Shown here: one piece after another, positions 19,346 to 28,822 of the stretch | Layout: every line of letters begins with the position of its first letter | Position numbering within the stretch: position 1 is the first letter of the stretch | Assembly: GCA_001771135.1 (NCBI GenBank) | Contig: MESW01000003.1 | Location: 136,719 to 200,718, forward strand | Direction of reading: 5' to 3' | DNA length: 64,000 bases | Source: a candidate division CPR3 bacterium GWF2_35_18 | GTDB taxonomy: Bacteria > Patescibacteriota > CPR3 > GWF2-35-18 | The notes under the pieces: generated by a model | The model's input: the letters and a program-made list of their open reading frames with translations, nothing else | Told to the model about the DNA's origin: nothing | Database searches by the model: none | Position numbers and translations under genes: made by a program

Positions 19346-20623
19346 ATGTTAAATACAACTAAAATAAAATCCGACTTCCCAATTTTTAAAAACCAACTAA
19401 ACCTAACCTATCTTGATTCTACCGCTACTTCTTTAAAACCACAAAGTGTTATAGACAAACTAAATGAATATTATACTCAGTATTCCAGCAATATCTTCCG
19501 CGGATTGTATCCAATATCTCAAAAAGCCACCGAAGAACATGAAGCAACTCGTGAAATCGTCACCAAATTTATCGGAGCGAAACATCCTGAAGAAGTTATA
19601 TTTACCAAGAATACCTCTGAAAGTCTCAATCTGCTCATGTACACTCTCGGAGATAAAATCGTACAAAAAGACGATAACGTAATTATTTCAATTGCTGAGC
19701 ATCACAGTAACTTTGTCCCTTGGCAAATGCTTTGTTTGAAGAAAGAAGCGGAATTCCGCGTTCTGGGAATAAATAAAGAAGGCACTGTGAAACTTGATGA
19801 ATTGGAGCAGCAGGTAGATTCTCGGACAAAAATTATTGCTTTAACCTATATTTCCAATGTTTTGGGAACTGTAAATCCGATTGAAAAAATTGTAAAAATA
19901 GCTAAAAAGAAAAATCCAAACGTAATTATCATTATTGATGCCGCTCAAGCAGCTCCACATTTAAAACTTGAAGTCCGTAAACTAGGAGCTGATTTTGTGG
20001 CCTTTTCCTCACACAAGATGCTGGGACCGACCGGAGTCGGAATTCTCTGGGGGAAAAAAGAATTATTTGAAGAGATGCCACCCTTTATGTTTGGCGGAGA
20101 AATGATCGAAAAAGTCTCTGTCGAAAAGACCACTTTTGATAAGTTACCACACAAGTTTGAAGCCGGGACACCAGCAATCGGAGAAATAATTGCGCTGAAA
20201 GAAGCCGTGAAATATTTAGAAAAAATCGGACTAAAAAATATTGAAAAACATGAAAAAGAGCTAACTAATTATGCTTTAGAACGCCTAAATAATGAATTTG
20301 GTAACGATTTCCAGGTAATTGGGCCAAATGATTACAAACTTAAAACTGGAATTATCGCCTTTGTATTTAAAGATTACCATCCTCATGATATCGCTGATAT
20401 CTTAGGAAACCAGGGTATTTGTATTCGCGCTGGACATCACTGCGCTGCGCCTCTACATGAAAAAGCGAATATTTCTGCTTCCTCACGCATGAGTTTTTAT
20501 CTTTATAACAATCAGGAAGATGTGGAAAAAATAATTAATGGACTTAAAAAGGTTGATCAAATTTTAAAAATGGGTTTTCATGAACGTAGTACAAACTCAA
20601 AATTTAAACAACCCTGCTGCTAA
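19346..20623 (+). CDS. sufS: cysteine desulfurase
   Basis: YLDSTATS, EHHSN, SSHKMLGPTG, RAGHHCA. Confidence 0.95.
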   Translation: MLNTTKIKSDFPIFKNQLNLTYLDSTATSLKPQSVIDKLNEYYTQYSSNIFRGLYPISQKATEEHEATREIVTKFIGAKHPEEVIFTKNTSESLNLLMYTLGDKIVQKDDNVIISIAEHHSNFVPWQMLCLKKEAEFRVLGINKEGTVKLDELEQQVDSRTKIIALTYISNVLGTVNPIEKIVKIAKKKNPNVIIIIDAAQAAPHLKLEVRKLGADFVAFSSHKMLGPTGVGILWGKKELFEEMPPFMFGGEMIEKVSVEKTTFDKLPHKFEAGTPAIGEIIALKEAVKYLEKIGLKNIEKHEKELTNYALERLNNEFGNDFQVIGPNDYKLKTGIIAFVFKDYHPHDIADILGNQGICIRAGHHCAAPLHEKANISASSRMSFYLYNNQEDVEKIINGLKKVDQILKMGFHERSTNSKFKQPCC

Positions 20624-20625
20624 AA

Positions 20626-20988
20626 ATGGATATTTACAAAGAAAAAATACTCGAACATTATAAAAAACCTCACAATTACGGTCATTTAAAAAACCCGGAT
20701 AAATCAAATAAGGCAATTAATGTTTCCTGTGGTGATGAAATTGAAGTTGACCTAATTATTAAAGATCAGAAAGTAACGGAAGTTGGTTTTGAAAGTAAAG
20801 GATGTATAATCTCTACGGCTATGATGTCAATGTTGACTGATTATATCAAAGATAAAAAAGTGAACCAAATTATGAAAATAAATACCAAAGATCTCCAAAA
20901 AATAATCGGAATTGATGTTTCGCCTGCTAGACTCAAATGCTTGCTTATTCCTCTCCAATCAATTCAACAGGCAATCAGTAAAAATTGA
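20626..20988 (+). CDS. sufU: SufU/IscU-type scaffold
   Basis: NVSCGD, GCIIS, RLKC; follows sufS. Confidence 0.88.
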   Translation: MDIYKEKILEHYKKPHNYGHLKNPDKSNKAINVSCGDEIEVDLIIKDQKVTEVGFESKGCIISTAMMSMLTDYIKDKKVNQIMKINTKDLQKIIGIDVSPARLKCLLIPLQSIQQAISKN

Positions 20989-21067
20989 AAATCTGAGGGT
21001 TTTTAGTCTTCGTATTCTTAATAAGTTATATCTTCCAAAAAAGGCCATTCCTAATATCCTATAGTTA

Positions 21068-21096
21068 TTGACTTTTTGCCCATTCTATGCTATAAA
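21068..21096 (+). promoter_or_regulatory. near-consensus sigma70 promoter
   Basis: TTGACT-17 nt-TATAAA with extended TG. Confidence 0.7.
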
Positions 21097-21120
21097 GCCA
21101 ACAATATTTTTATTTTTAGT

Positions 21121-21147
21121 AAAAACCTTCGTGCGAAGGTCTTTTTT
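21121..21147. terminator. intrinsic terminator, usable in both directions
   Basis: AAAA-ACCTTC-GTGC-GAAGGT-CTTTTTT. Confidence 0.75.
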
Positions 21148-21150
21148 GTA

Positions 21151-21446
21151 TCTTGGTTGTATTTGTACCTTAAAAAGAAACTTAACCCCTATTGCCTGAG
21201 GGAAAAGAGGATATTTTACTGATCTTTTTAGCCAGAGAAAATACTTTCTTTTCCCCAAGCCAATAGGCCAAGGAAAAATCAACCAGAGACGAGAATGCTA
21301 CGCGGGTGTCCCCGTACTATTCTAAGACCCTTTGGATTAAAAAAGGAGCAAATCATAAGAAATACTAGTTTTTTAACATGTTCGTTTTTAATCAAGGCGC
21401 GCCGCTATCGGCCTGCCAAATTTTCATTAACTCAGTCGGAGGGCTG
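21151..21446 (+). ncRNA. candidate structured RNA or long 5' leader (serial hairpins)
   Basis: Long stem 21151-21289 with core CCTATTG..GGGAAAAGA..TATTTT / AAAATA..TCTTTTCCC..CAATAGG; hairpins 21292-21323, 21332-21395, 21396-21416 and RBS-sequestering 21432-21447; G-U pairs favour the + strand. Confidence 0.5.
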
Positions 21447-21448
21447 AA

Positions 21449-21730
21449 ATGACAAACAAACCGTTAACTTATGCAATAGGCGCATTCCTTATTCTAAGCG
21501 CCATTTTTGTCTTTGGGATCATGCCTGCAGTGGACAATAACTTCAGCCAAAACCCAGAAGCTGCCCACTCTTATGCAGAATCCAGCCCGAGTTTCATCAA
21601 TACCATCGTTGATGGTCTCCTGAATGTTTCCGGAGTCGCCCCTTGGGCGCCCGGCATCATCGTATTCGGTGGAGCAATTCTGCTCATTGTCGCCGGATAT
21701 AAATTCCTCGGAAAACTCCTTCACGTTTAA
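21449..21730 (+). CDS. small protein with two hydrophobic segments (93 aa)
   Basis: GGAGG RBS; N-terminal signal or TM segment; C-terminal TM followed by a basic tail; C-ending codons unlike neighbours. Confidence 0.75.
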   Translation: MTNKPLTYAIGAFLILSAIFVFGIMPAVDNNFSQNPEAAHSYAESSPSFINTIVDGLLNVSGVAPWAPGIIVFGGAILLIVAGYKFLGKLLHV

Positions 21731-21987
21731 CTTCATACTCCCTGTGCCCGTAGGGTTCAGGGACGCAATTATCTGGCATGAGAGGTATATTTTTATACCT
21801 GTAGGTTAAGCCTGGGTTTATTACCCAAAACCTACCTAGTGTGATTATCTGTTCTTGAAGAACATTTTTCCTTTTATTTCTTCTTCAACAACAACTTTTT
21901 AATCTTCACACTTGCTCTTTCTCTCTTTGCAAATAATTATTATTGTTCGTAAAGAAAGCACTTCAAATTATTTTGAAGTGTTTAATC

Positions 21988-22017
21988 GAAAAAACCTCCT
22001 TCTTAGGAGGTTTTTTC
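21988..22017. terminator. bidirectional intrinsic terminator
   Basis: GAAAAAACCTCCT-TCTT-AGGAGGTTTTTTC between convergent genes. Confidence 0.85.
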
Positions 22018-22044
22018 TTATTTCAATAGATTTTTGGTGTAGTC

Positions 22045-22293
22045 CTATTTCACTTCCATAACTTCAATCACCTGTACTGGACAGCTTCGCGCCGAATCTT
22101 CAAGGAGTTTAATGTCTTCTTCGGATACTTCTACAACCAGCTCAAATCTCTTAATTTGAGGATTATTTCTTCCACTTACTAATGTGGCTTTTCCATCATC
22201 AACCATTTTCCAGAACTTCGGAGCAATAGCGGCACAGACTGCCGCGCCAATGCAATTTTGACGATCAAAGGTTATTTTCGCTCTTCTTTTCAT
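22045..22293 (-). CDS. single-cluster ferredoxin, likely [3Fe-4S]
   Basis: CIGAAVC...CP (CxxAxxC); start set at ATG 22293 behind AAGGAG. Confidence 0.88.
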   Translation of the reverse strand: MKRRAKITFDRQNCIGAAVCAAIAPKFWKMVDDGKATLVSGRNNPQIKRFELVVEVSEEDIKLLEDSARSCPVQVIEVMEVK

Positions 22294-22314
22294 AAATACT
22301 CCTTTCAAAAATAG

Positions 22315-22557
22315 CTATTCCTTAATTTTATTGTAGTCACCACAGCTACACTCACAATCTTCCTCAACTTCATAACGACTTCCATCATCTTTATAAACAT
22401 ACATCGTATCTTTTTTTTCATCCAGAGTTTTTTTGTGCGATTTGTCACATAATCCCAACGGATTTTTTGATAAACCACATCTGCATATCCAAATACTTTT
22501 ATCCTGAATCTTCACTTCTGACGGCTCATTTGCAGTACGAACAACCAATCTAGACAT
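22315..22557 (-). CDS. CDGSH iron-sulfur domain protein
   Basis: ICRCGLSKNPLGLCDKSH. Confidence 0.9.
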   Translation of the reverse strand: MSRLVVRTANEPSEVKIQDKSIWICRCGLSKNPLGLCDKSHKKTLDEKKDTMYVYKDDGSRYEVEEDCECSCGDYNKIKE

Positions 22558-22690
22558 AGTAAAACTCCTTTTTTAATATATATTCACTATACCGAAAATG
22601 CTGTTATTTGCAATAAGAAAAATATTTTATCTTTGAAAGACAAAGTGATATAATCTAACACTATCTATGTAATAGTTAACAGGAAATCAA

Positions 22691-23389
22691 ATGCAGCAAT
22701 TTGAAGCTATATTAGAATCTAAACAAATCTTAACACCAACTGTTTTGTTAGTTAGATTTCAAAATTTAAACAAAATTGATTTTATTCCCGGACAATTTAT
22801 TACAATTCCAATTGGAAAGCAAAATCGCTTCTATTCCCTAGCTACCACTCCCCTTTTTCATAAATACTTTGAACTTATTGCTACTGTTGAAAATAATGGA
22901 GTTGGGGCTAACTTTTTGCTTAATCAATTAAAAATTGGAGAAAAGGTAACCTTTTACAAACCTCAAGGAAAATTTAACCTTCAAAATAATTCTAAAGCAA
23001 AGATATTTTTAGCAACTGGCGTAGGAATATCCGCAATTAGATCTATGATACAAACGTTAGTCCAAACAGATTTTCAGAAACAATTTCTTCTTTTTTTTGG
23101 TATAAAAACTAAAAAGGATGTTTTTCTGGAAAATGAATGGCAAAATATTCAGGATCAAAATTCTAACTTCTCATATTTCTATTGTCTTTCCAGAGAAAAA
23201 AATAAACACTACAACTTCGGATATGTATCTGGAAATCTTAAAGAATATCTAACTACTCATCGTTTAAATCCTCAAGACTTCGAATATTATGTCTGCGGTA
23301 ATTTAAATAATGTTCAAAATATCGTGGAATTCCTCCAAAATGATTTAGGGATTAGTAATGCGCAAGTATTCTTCGAAAAATTTATTTAG
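22691..23389 (+). CDS. FAD/NAD(P)-binding ferredoxin-reductase-type oxidoreductase
   Basis: PGQF, RFYSLA, LATGVGIS, YVCG, C-terminal EKF. Confidence 0.87.
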   Translation: MQQFEAILESKQILTPTVLLVRFQNLNKIDFIPGQFITIPIGKQNRFYSLATTPLFHKYFELIATVENNGVGANFLLNQLKIGEKVTFYKPQGKFNLQNNSKAKIFLATGVGISAIRSMIQTLVQTDFQKQFLLFFGIKTKKDVFLENEWQNIQDQNSNFSYFYCLSREKNKHYNFGYVSGNLKEYLTTHRLNPQDFEYYVCGNLNNVQNIVEFLQNDLGISNAQVFFEKFI

Positions 23390-23400
23390 CAACCTATTAC

Positions 23401-23429
23401 TTGAGACTTTTTAATTATTAATATATACT
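23401..23429 (+). promoter_or_regulatory. promoter of tRNA-Thr
   Basis: TTGAGA-17 nt-TATACT. Confidence 0.6.
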
Positions 23430-23442
23430 TACTAATTGATCT

Positions 23443-23518
23443 GCCGCCCTAGCTCAATTGGTAGAGCAACGGTATCGTAAACCGTAGGTTGTCGGTTCAA
23501 GTCCGATGGGCGGCTCCA
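23443..23518 (+). tRNA. tRNA-Thr(CGT)
   Basis: Cloverleaf; anticodon loop ATCGTAA; GGTTCAAGTCC; CCA. Confidence 0.95.
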
Positions 23519-23568
23519 TAAGTTACAAACTTTACAAGCATCTTTTTTTTATCCATAATGAATTTACC

Positions 23569-24357
23569 ATGAGAAAAAATCATTATCGTAATCGTAAAAT
23601 CGCAGGTTACAGTTATAGTCCTCGCGAAAATATCGCCCAGAAACAACAACAAGCATATCGTCGCATTTTTATTGTAGTAGCAGTTATTATCATCTCTTTA
23701 ATTCTCATCTTTAAAAATATCGATGTGATTATAGAAAAAATCACCGGTATAGGCAAAACATTTGATAATCAAGAAGAGTTGAAAACTCCAGATCCACTAT
23801 CCCTTGCTCAGGATAATCTGCTTTGGACTCCACAGATTGACTCTATACCGACTATCACTAATCAAAAAAAACTGACTGTTACAGGTACAGCGTATCAGGG
23901 AATTCAAGTCGAACTATTTTTTAATGGTGACGGCATTTCTGTCGATGATCTAGATGAAAATAAGAAGTTTGAATTTACCGATTTGAATTTAATATCTGGA
24001 GAAAATTCAATTGCCGTCCGCTCGATTAAAGAAGATGGAACTAAAAGTGAACTATCAAGCGAAAGTAAGATTACCCTTGATCTTAAACCTGCAGATTTAG
24101 AGGTGAATTCTCCTACCGATGGTCAAAAATTTGGACAAGATAGTCAGAAAATAAAAGTAATCGGGAAAACTGATCTGGACGCCAAACCTTACGTTAACGA
24201 TCATATCGTCATTTTGAAACCTGATGGAACTTTTGAATATCAAATTACCCTAAATGAAGGCGAAAATACCATCAAAGTTAAAGCTCTTGATCCGGCTGGA
24301 AATGAAACTGTCAAAGAAATAAAAGTTACTTTCGATCCAAACGCTGCGGTATCATAA
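23569..24357 (+). CDS. membrane-anchored protein with bacterial Ig-like domains
   Basis: TM helix then two beta-rich repeats (LISGENSIAV, LNEGENTIKVKALDPAGN); start moved to ATG 23569 because the track start is inside the tRNA. Confidence 0.8.
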   Translation: MRKNHYRNRKIAGYSYSPRENIAQKQQQAYRRIFIVVAVIIISLILIFKNIDVIIEKITGIGKTFDNQEELKTPDPLSLAQDNLLWTPQIDSIPTITNQKKLTVTGTAYQGIQVELFFNGDGISVDDLDENKKFEFTDLNLISGENSIAVRSIKEDGTKSELSSESKITLDLKPADLEVNSPTDGQKFGQDSQKIKVIGKTDLDAKPYVNDHIVILKPDGTFEYQITLNEGENTIKVKALDPAGNETVKEIKVTFDPNAAVS

Positions 24358-25606
24358 CGACGAAACTCAACCCTAAAAATATCCACCACATCAAAGATAA
24401 ATCATTTTTGAAATAAGGAACATCTACAAGGCCGTGAATAAGGTAATAAATTAGAATCCCCAAAAGTCCAATCTGCCAAAAATTCATTCCATTATGTTTT
24501 GAAAACAGATTCTTTAAATAAATTATAATTAACATTCCAAAGCTTAATAACCCCAATAATCCCAATTCGCTCCAAAAATTTAGAATAAGATTATGAGGAT
24601 ATTGAAGAAGCTCCGGATCACAGGTCACATAACTATAATAAGTTATGGGGAAATTCGACAAACCAGTTCCAAGGATTCGGTGGTCTTGCAACATCTTCCA
24701 TGTTCCTTCAAACAAACACAAACGTACAATAACAGTATTATCAAAAACTCGCACTAGTGGTCTTTCTGATAAGTGAGGCGTAAATTTCGAAATAACTGTA
24801 AAGAAAAATATCTGACTAACAAAATAAAGACCAACGCAAAGAAGGATTATTCTTTTTATGGTATTGGGAGAAAGAGAGATTTTTACTTTAACTAAATGCA
24901 GTACGAAAACAGCTCCTAAAGCAAAAATCGCTCCGAGCATTCCCCCACTAGATTCAGTCATATAGATCACACTCAAGAATAAAACTAGAAAGATCATCAA
25001 CACGAATGTTTTTTTCCGCTCGGATTTGGTTTGATCCGATTGCTTTCGTTTTATTAAAAATAGTATTTTGCTTAGAAGAATAATTGTTATTGGTATAAGG
25101 TATAAACATAAAGCATTGGCACTATTAAAAAAACCGGTAATTCGACCTTGAGAAATCTCGTGAGGAGCATAAACATCCGTTCCAGTGATCTTTTGAGAAA
25201 CCGCGATAATTGAGGTCATAATTCCAGAAAATAACAGACTATAAAAAACTCCAGTTAACTGTTTCTGCTCCTTGATCGAGCTAAACAAAACGATAAAAAG
25301 AAGAATCGGTTCGATAATATAAGCTTTCAGAATCCCTAAAGCTGTGTTTTTATCTGGAGAAACAAATACCGAAATTATTCCAGCAATTAAAAACAACCAA
25401 ACGCTGATTAATCTTTTATCGGTAAAAAGATCTTTAATACTTTTAAAATCTTTTTCAACTACAACCTTTACAAGCCAAAAACCAAAGGTAAGTAAAATCA
25501 GGACTTCCAGAAAAGTGAAAGGAATACCCAAAACCTGACCACGGATAATATATAGTGGAAGTGAAAAAATCGTTACATAGATTACGTAATTTAAAAATTT
25601 TGACAT
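24326..25606 (-). CDS. O-antigen ligase / O-oligosaccharyltransferase family
   Basis: Multi-TM; RITGFFNSAN, ILGTG, YPHNLILNFWSELG, IHGLVD. Confidence 0.87.
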   Translation of the reverse strand: MSKFLNYVIYVTIFSLPLYIIRGQVLGIPFTFLEVLILLTFGFWLVKVVVEKDFKSIKDLFTDKRLISVWLFLIAGIISVFVSPDKNTALGILKAYIIEPILLFIVLFSSIKEQKQLTGVFYSLLFSGIMTSIIAVSQKITGTDVYAPHEISQGRITGFFNSANALCLYLIPITIILLSKILFLIKRKQSDQTKSERKKTFVLMIFLVLFLSVIYMTESSGGMLGAIFALGAVFVLHLVKVKISLSPNTIKRIILLCVGLYFVSQIFFFTVISKFTPHLSERPLVRVFDNTVIVRLCLFEGTWKMLQDHRILGTGLSNFPITYYSYVTCDPELLQYPHNLILNFWSELGLLGLLSFGMLIIIYLKNLFSKHNGMNFWQIGLLGILIYYLIHGLVDVPYFKNDLSLMWWIFLGLSFVVMIPQRLDRK

Positions 25607-27066
25607 TAATTTATCCTTTGAAAAAGGTATGTTTCACCTTTTTGCAATCTCAATTTAAAATCTGGATTTAAATTCATTTTTTCAATTTCCTTAATGCTCT
25701 CTGTTTCAGTATAAGGATATGCTTCCATCTCCTTAGAAACAAGTACATATTGTACAACATCAAGACCATAGGGATAAAAATATATCTCCTCACGATGAGA
25801 CAAATGCGACACCAAAGCAGATGGCGCTGTCAAAGAAGCATCTTTCGGAACGATCTTTATTATCTCGGCAATATTTTGTTGTCTATCTTGATCTATTTTG
25901 AAGTTTTTGTTTCCAAACCAACCTAAAAATGTTTTTTCAGAAAAAGTAATACCAAAACTAATTATAATAATCATAATCGAGATATAACTGAAAAACTGTT
26001 TTTTACTGATACGAATTCCCTTTTTACGTAAATAGTCAAAAATATTATTAATCCCGTAAACCAAGCCTAAACTAAGTAAAGGCGCAATATTTGCACTATA
26101 GTGAAAACCAATTCCCCACCGTAATTCATGAATAGACAAAAATCGTTCCAGGAAAAGTGGTAAAGACAAAAAGAGGAAAAACGGCGAAAATAAAGGCAGA
26201 TACAAAAAAGAAATTAATAATAAATTCATTGTTTGGGTTTTTGAGATCGGAGTAAAAAATAGCTCTCCCAGTTGCAGGGGGTGCATAAAAATATACTGAA
26301 TTTGTTCTGACAACGAATTACCTGGAATAACGGTCTGAATATAAGTTGCTGGAGTTGGACTATACAAAGGACTAATTACTTTTATAAACAGCATAAAAAT
26401 TAATCCCGAAATCAAAAAGATAAATAATCCTCGAACATAGTTTCTTTTGATAAAAAAATCATATAAACCCAACATCAGACAAACCAGAGCCATATCTTCT
26501 TTGCAAATCAAAGTTAGAAAAAGAAAGATCCAAAACCCGCGAGATTTATCACAATTGTAGAAATAAAGTAGCCATGATAAAAAAAAGACCGAAACTGTAG
26601 CGACATGAAAATCAAAATTCAAGGCGTTTTGTAAACCAAAAAATGTTAGATATGCAAAAGCCAAAGAAAGCGAGAAAAATCGATTTTTAAATCGATCTTC
26701 TGTAATTAAATATAATGGAATAACCGAAAAAACTACCAAGATAACTTGCGAAATAAGAAGCATCCTCACATCTGCCCAAATCCAATATAAAGGAACAAAA
26801 AGTAATAAAATCGGGTGAAAATGATCTCCGAGAAGCATCATATTCGGCTGACGAACAGTAGAAAACGGCAGTTTAAATTTGGAATATAACCAAATAGCTT
26901 GATCATAAATACCCAAATCATTAGCATGAGTTTGAAAATTGGAATGCCGATAAAGAACTAAAAATCCGTATAAAAGACAAAAGACGGTAATCATGAAAAC
27001 AAATAACTTGTTTTCATTCATCCATCGACATATTGACAGTAACTTATCTTTTAAATTTGTTAACAT
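25606..27066 (-). CDS. DUF2079 family membrane protein (GT-C-like)
   Basis: DLGIYDQAIW, LGDHFHP, FDFH, KED, FHYSA, HLSHR. Confidence 0.82.
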   Translation of the reverse strand: MLTNLKDKLLSICRWMNENKLFVFMITVFCLLYGFLVLYRHSNFQTHANDLGIYDQAIWLYSKFKLPFSTVRQPNMMLLGDHFHPILLLFVPLYWIWADVRMLLISQVILVVFSVIPLYLITEDRFKNRFFSLSLAFAYLTFFGLQNALNFDFHVATVSVFFLSWLLYFYNCDKSRGFWIFLFLTLICKEDMALVCLMLGLYDFFIKRNYVRGLFIFLISGLIFMLFIKVISPLYSPTPATYIQTVIPGNSLSEQIQYIFMHPLQLGELFFTPISKTQTMNLLLISFLYLPLFSPFFLFLSLPLFLERFLSIHELRWGIGFHYSANIAPLLSLGLVYGINNIFDYLRKKGIRISKKQFFSYISIMIIIISFGITFSEKTFLGWFGNKNFKIDQDRQQNIAEIIKIVPKDASLTAPSALVSHLSHREEIYFYPYGLDVVQYVLVSKEMEAYPYTETESIKEIEKMNLNPDFKLRLQKGETYLFQRIN

Positions 27067-27082
27067 GAAAAATGATTAATGA

Positions 27083-28345
27083 TTATATCCTGTCTTTCAT
27101 AATCCCTTCCATTATCCCAATTACAATCATAACCCATTCGAGAATAAACGGATATAGTAGCGAGTTTACAAATTGAGAGTGAATGATTAGAGATATTACT
27201 CCGGCAAAAACTGTAATCCCGAGAATTCTACTCCAAGATGAACTGTTTTTAATATAACTAATGCCACAAATAATTAATTGTCTTCCTAAAAACCACAAAT
27301 ATATAAGTAATCCTGTCACCCCTGTGGTGGCCAAAATAAGAATTAAACTACTATCCACTCCTGAACTGGCGTGAGAGGTAACTTCAGACTCTTCCCAGGG
27401 CTGTATATAATCATAACGGATCTGTGCATATCGGTAGCTATTATAACTTACTCCCAAAAGCAAATTTTTCTTCGCAATATCAAGACCTTTTTCCCAAGAT
27501 TCAAAGCGAAAACTGGCCGTAGTATCGATATTGAAACCACCGATAACTCTTTCCTGAACACGTGGGATCAGCAAAAAAGCTAATATTCCAACCAGAATTC
27601 CCAATATTAATAACTGGCGAGACCGGATAACACCAACAATAAACATCGCGATTACAAACATCAGATAGGTACTACGAGAAAAAGTCAAAACTATTGCCGT
27701 CAGAATTACTACTGCAATTCCAGCTTTTATTAAATCAAATTTTTCCCAAGAATCAACTTCCAAACTCATTAAAACTATAAGCACAAAGTTCAGAACTAAA
27801 AATCCACCTACATAGTTAGGATCAAAAAAAGTTGACAACACTCGATAATAATGAGGATCCCAACCTTGGGCAACCATAGAAGCAAAATTGGGAAAAATAA
27901 CATATTGGACTAAACCAAAAAGAGCGACTAAAAATCCTGTCCCAATAAGTAAATTTATGTACAGTCTAGTCTCTTTAATTCTTTCTTGGTGGTCTTTCAA
28001 TTTCTTAATAAGATCAAAAACTACAAAATATAATCCGATATAAGTAAACCATCGCCAAAGATAAAGACTGCTAATCAGAAACTCATTTAGCGATAAATAT
28101 TGTTTATTCCAAAATAAAGAAATTATTCCGACAAGTAAAAAAAGCAGTATCGGTAAACTTAAATAAGGTGGTTTAAATTTTTCTTTCCGTCTCAACAAAT
28201 CAACAACCCAAAAACCTATAATCAAAGGAAGTAATAAATCGTTAAGATAAATCACCAAACCGGAACTTCCAAGAGTAATTCGACTAAATTGACCTAAAGG
28301 TAAAATAACTATTAAAATAATAAAAAGGAATCTATGAAGTTTCAT
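27083..28345 (-). CDS. O-antigen ligase family protein
   Basis: RVLSTFFDPNY, LTFSRS, HSQFVN; multi-TM. Confidence 0.87.
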   Translation of the reverse strand: MKLHRFLFIILIVILPLGQFSRITLGSSGLVIYLNDLLLPLIIGFWVVDLLRRKEKFKPPYLSLPILLFLLVGIISLFWNKQYLSLNEFLISSLYLWRWFTYIGLYFVVFDLIKKLKDHQERIKETRLYINLLIGTGFLVALFGLVQYVIFPNFASMVAQGWDPHYYRVLSTFFDPNYVGGFLVLNFVLIVLMSLEVDSWEKFDLIKAGIAVVILTAIVLTFSRSTYLMFVIAMFIVGVIRSRQLLILGILVGILAFLLIPRVQERVIGGFNIDTTASFRFESWEKGLDIAKKNLLLGVSYNSYRYAQIRYDYIQPWEESEVTSHASSGVDSSLILILATTGVTGLLIYLWFLGRQLIICGISYIKNSSSWSRILGITVFAGVISLIIHSQFVNSLLYPFILEWVMIVIGIMEGIMKDRI

Positions 28346-28363
28346 TTGTTAAAAAAAGTATTA

Positions 28364-28729
28364 TTATCTACCCCTTGTAATAAGAACCACACCTGCAATA
28401 ATTAAAACTATTCCGGCATAATGAATAGTCAAAACTTTTTCATGAAAAAGTAATGCTGAAACGATTAATACTAAAATGTATCCCAGTGATATCAAAGGAT
28501 AAGCAAAGGAGAGTTCAACTCGTGATAAAACAATAATCCAAAAAACAGAGGAAATGAAATATAACCCTAATCCAAGCAGTGTATAAAAATTTGTTAATGC
28601 AGAAATCACAAAAGTAAATGGCTGTGAAAAGTTAATAGTCCCTACCTGCACTGATCCATATTTCATCGCAATTTGTCCTAACACTCCCAAAACAATACTG
28701 ATAAAAATTAAAACAAGATTTATAACCAT
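28364..28729 (-). CDS. EamA/SMR small transporter (ArnE/ArnF-like)
   Basis: 4 TM; LSRVELSFAYP. Confidence 0.82.
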   Translation of the reverse strand: MVINLVLIFISIVLGVLGQIAMKYGSVQVGTINFSQPFTFVISALTNFYTLLGLGLYFISSVFWIIVLSRVELSFAYPLISLGYILVLIVSALLFHEKVLTIHYAGIVLIIAGVVLITRGR

Positions 28730-28822
28730 ATAATCCCATATTTCAAATTAATTTGAAAACATAATTTGTAATTTACAATGTTGTTATTATGAACGAGGTG
28801 AATAACAAACTTTGTTTATAAA

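Noticed and set aside
20570-20623. SufS C-terminal tail ending in PCC
   Set aside because: Short extension most simply explained by a shifted stop codon; no support for function.
21151-21289. Calling the long rod 6S RNA or SRP RNA
   Set aside because: The shape is suggestive, but the bubble is one-sided and no SRP helix-8 motif was recognised; left unnamed pending an Rfam search.
23473-23481. A32 in the tRNA-Thr anticodon loop
   Set aside because: Single uncommon base in an otherwise normal tRNA; too weak alone.
23506-23568. Track start for the Ig-like protein
   Set aside because: It begins inside tRNA-Thr, and a TTTACA..CATAAT promoter precedes ATG 23569.
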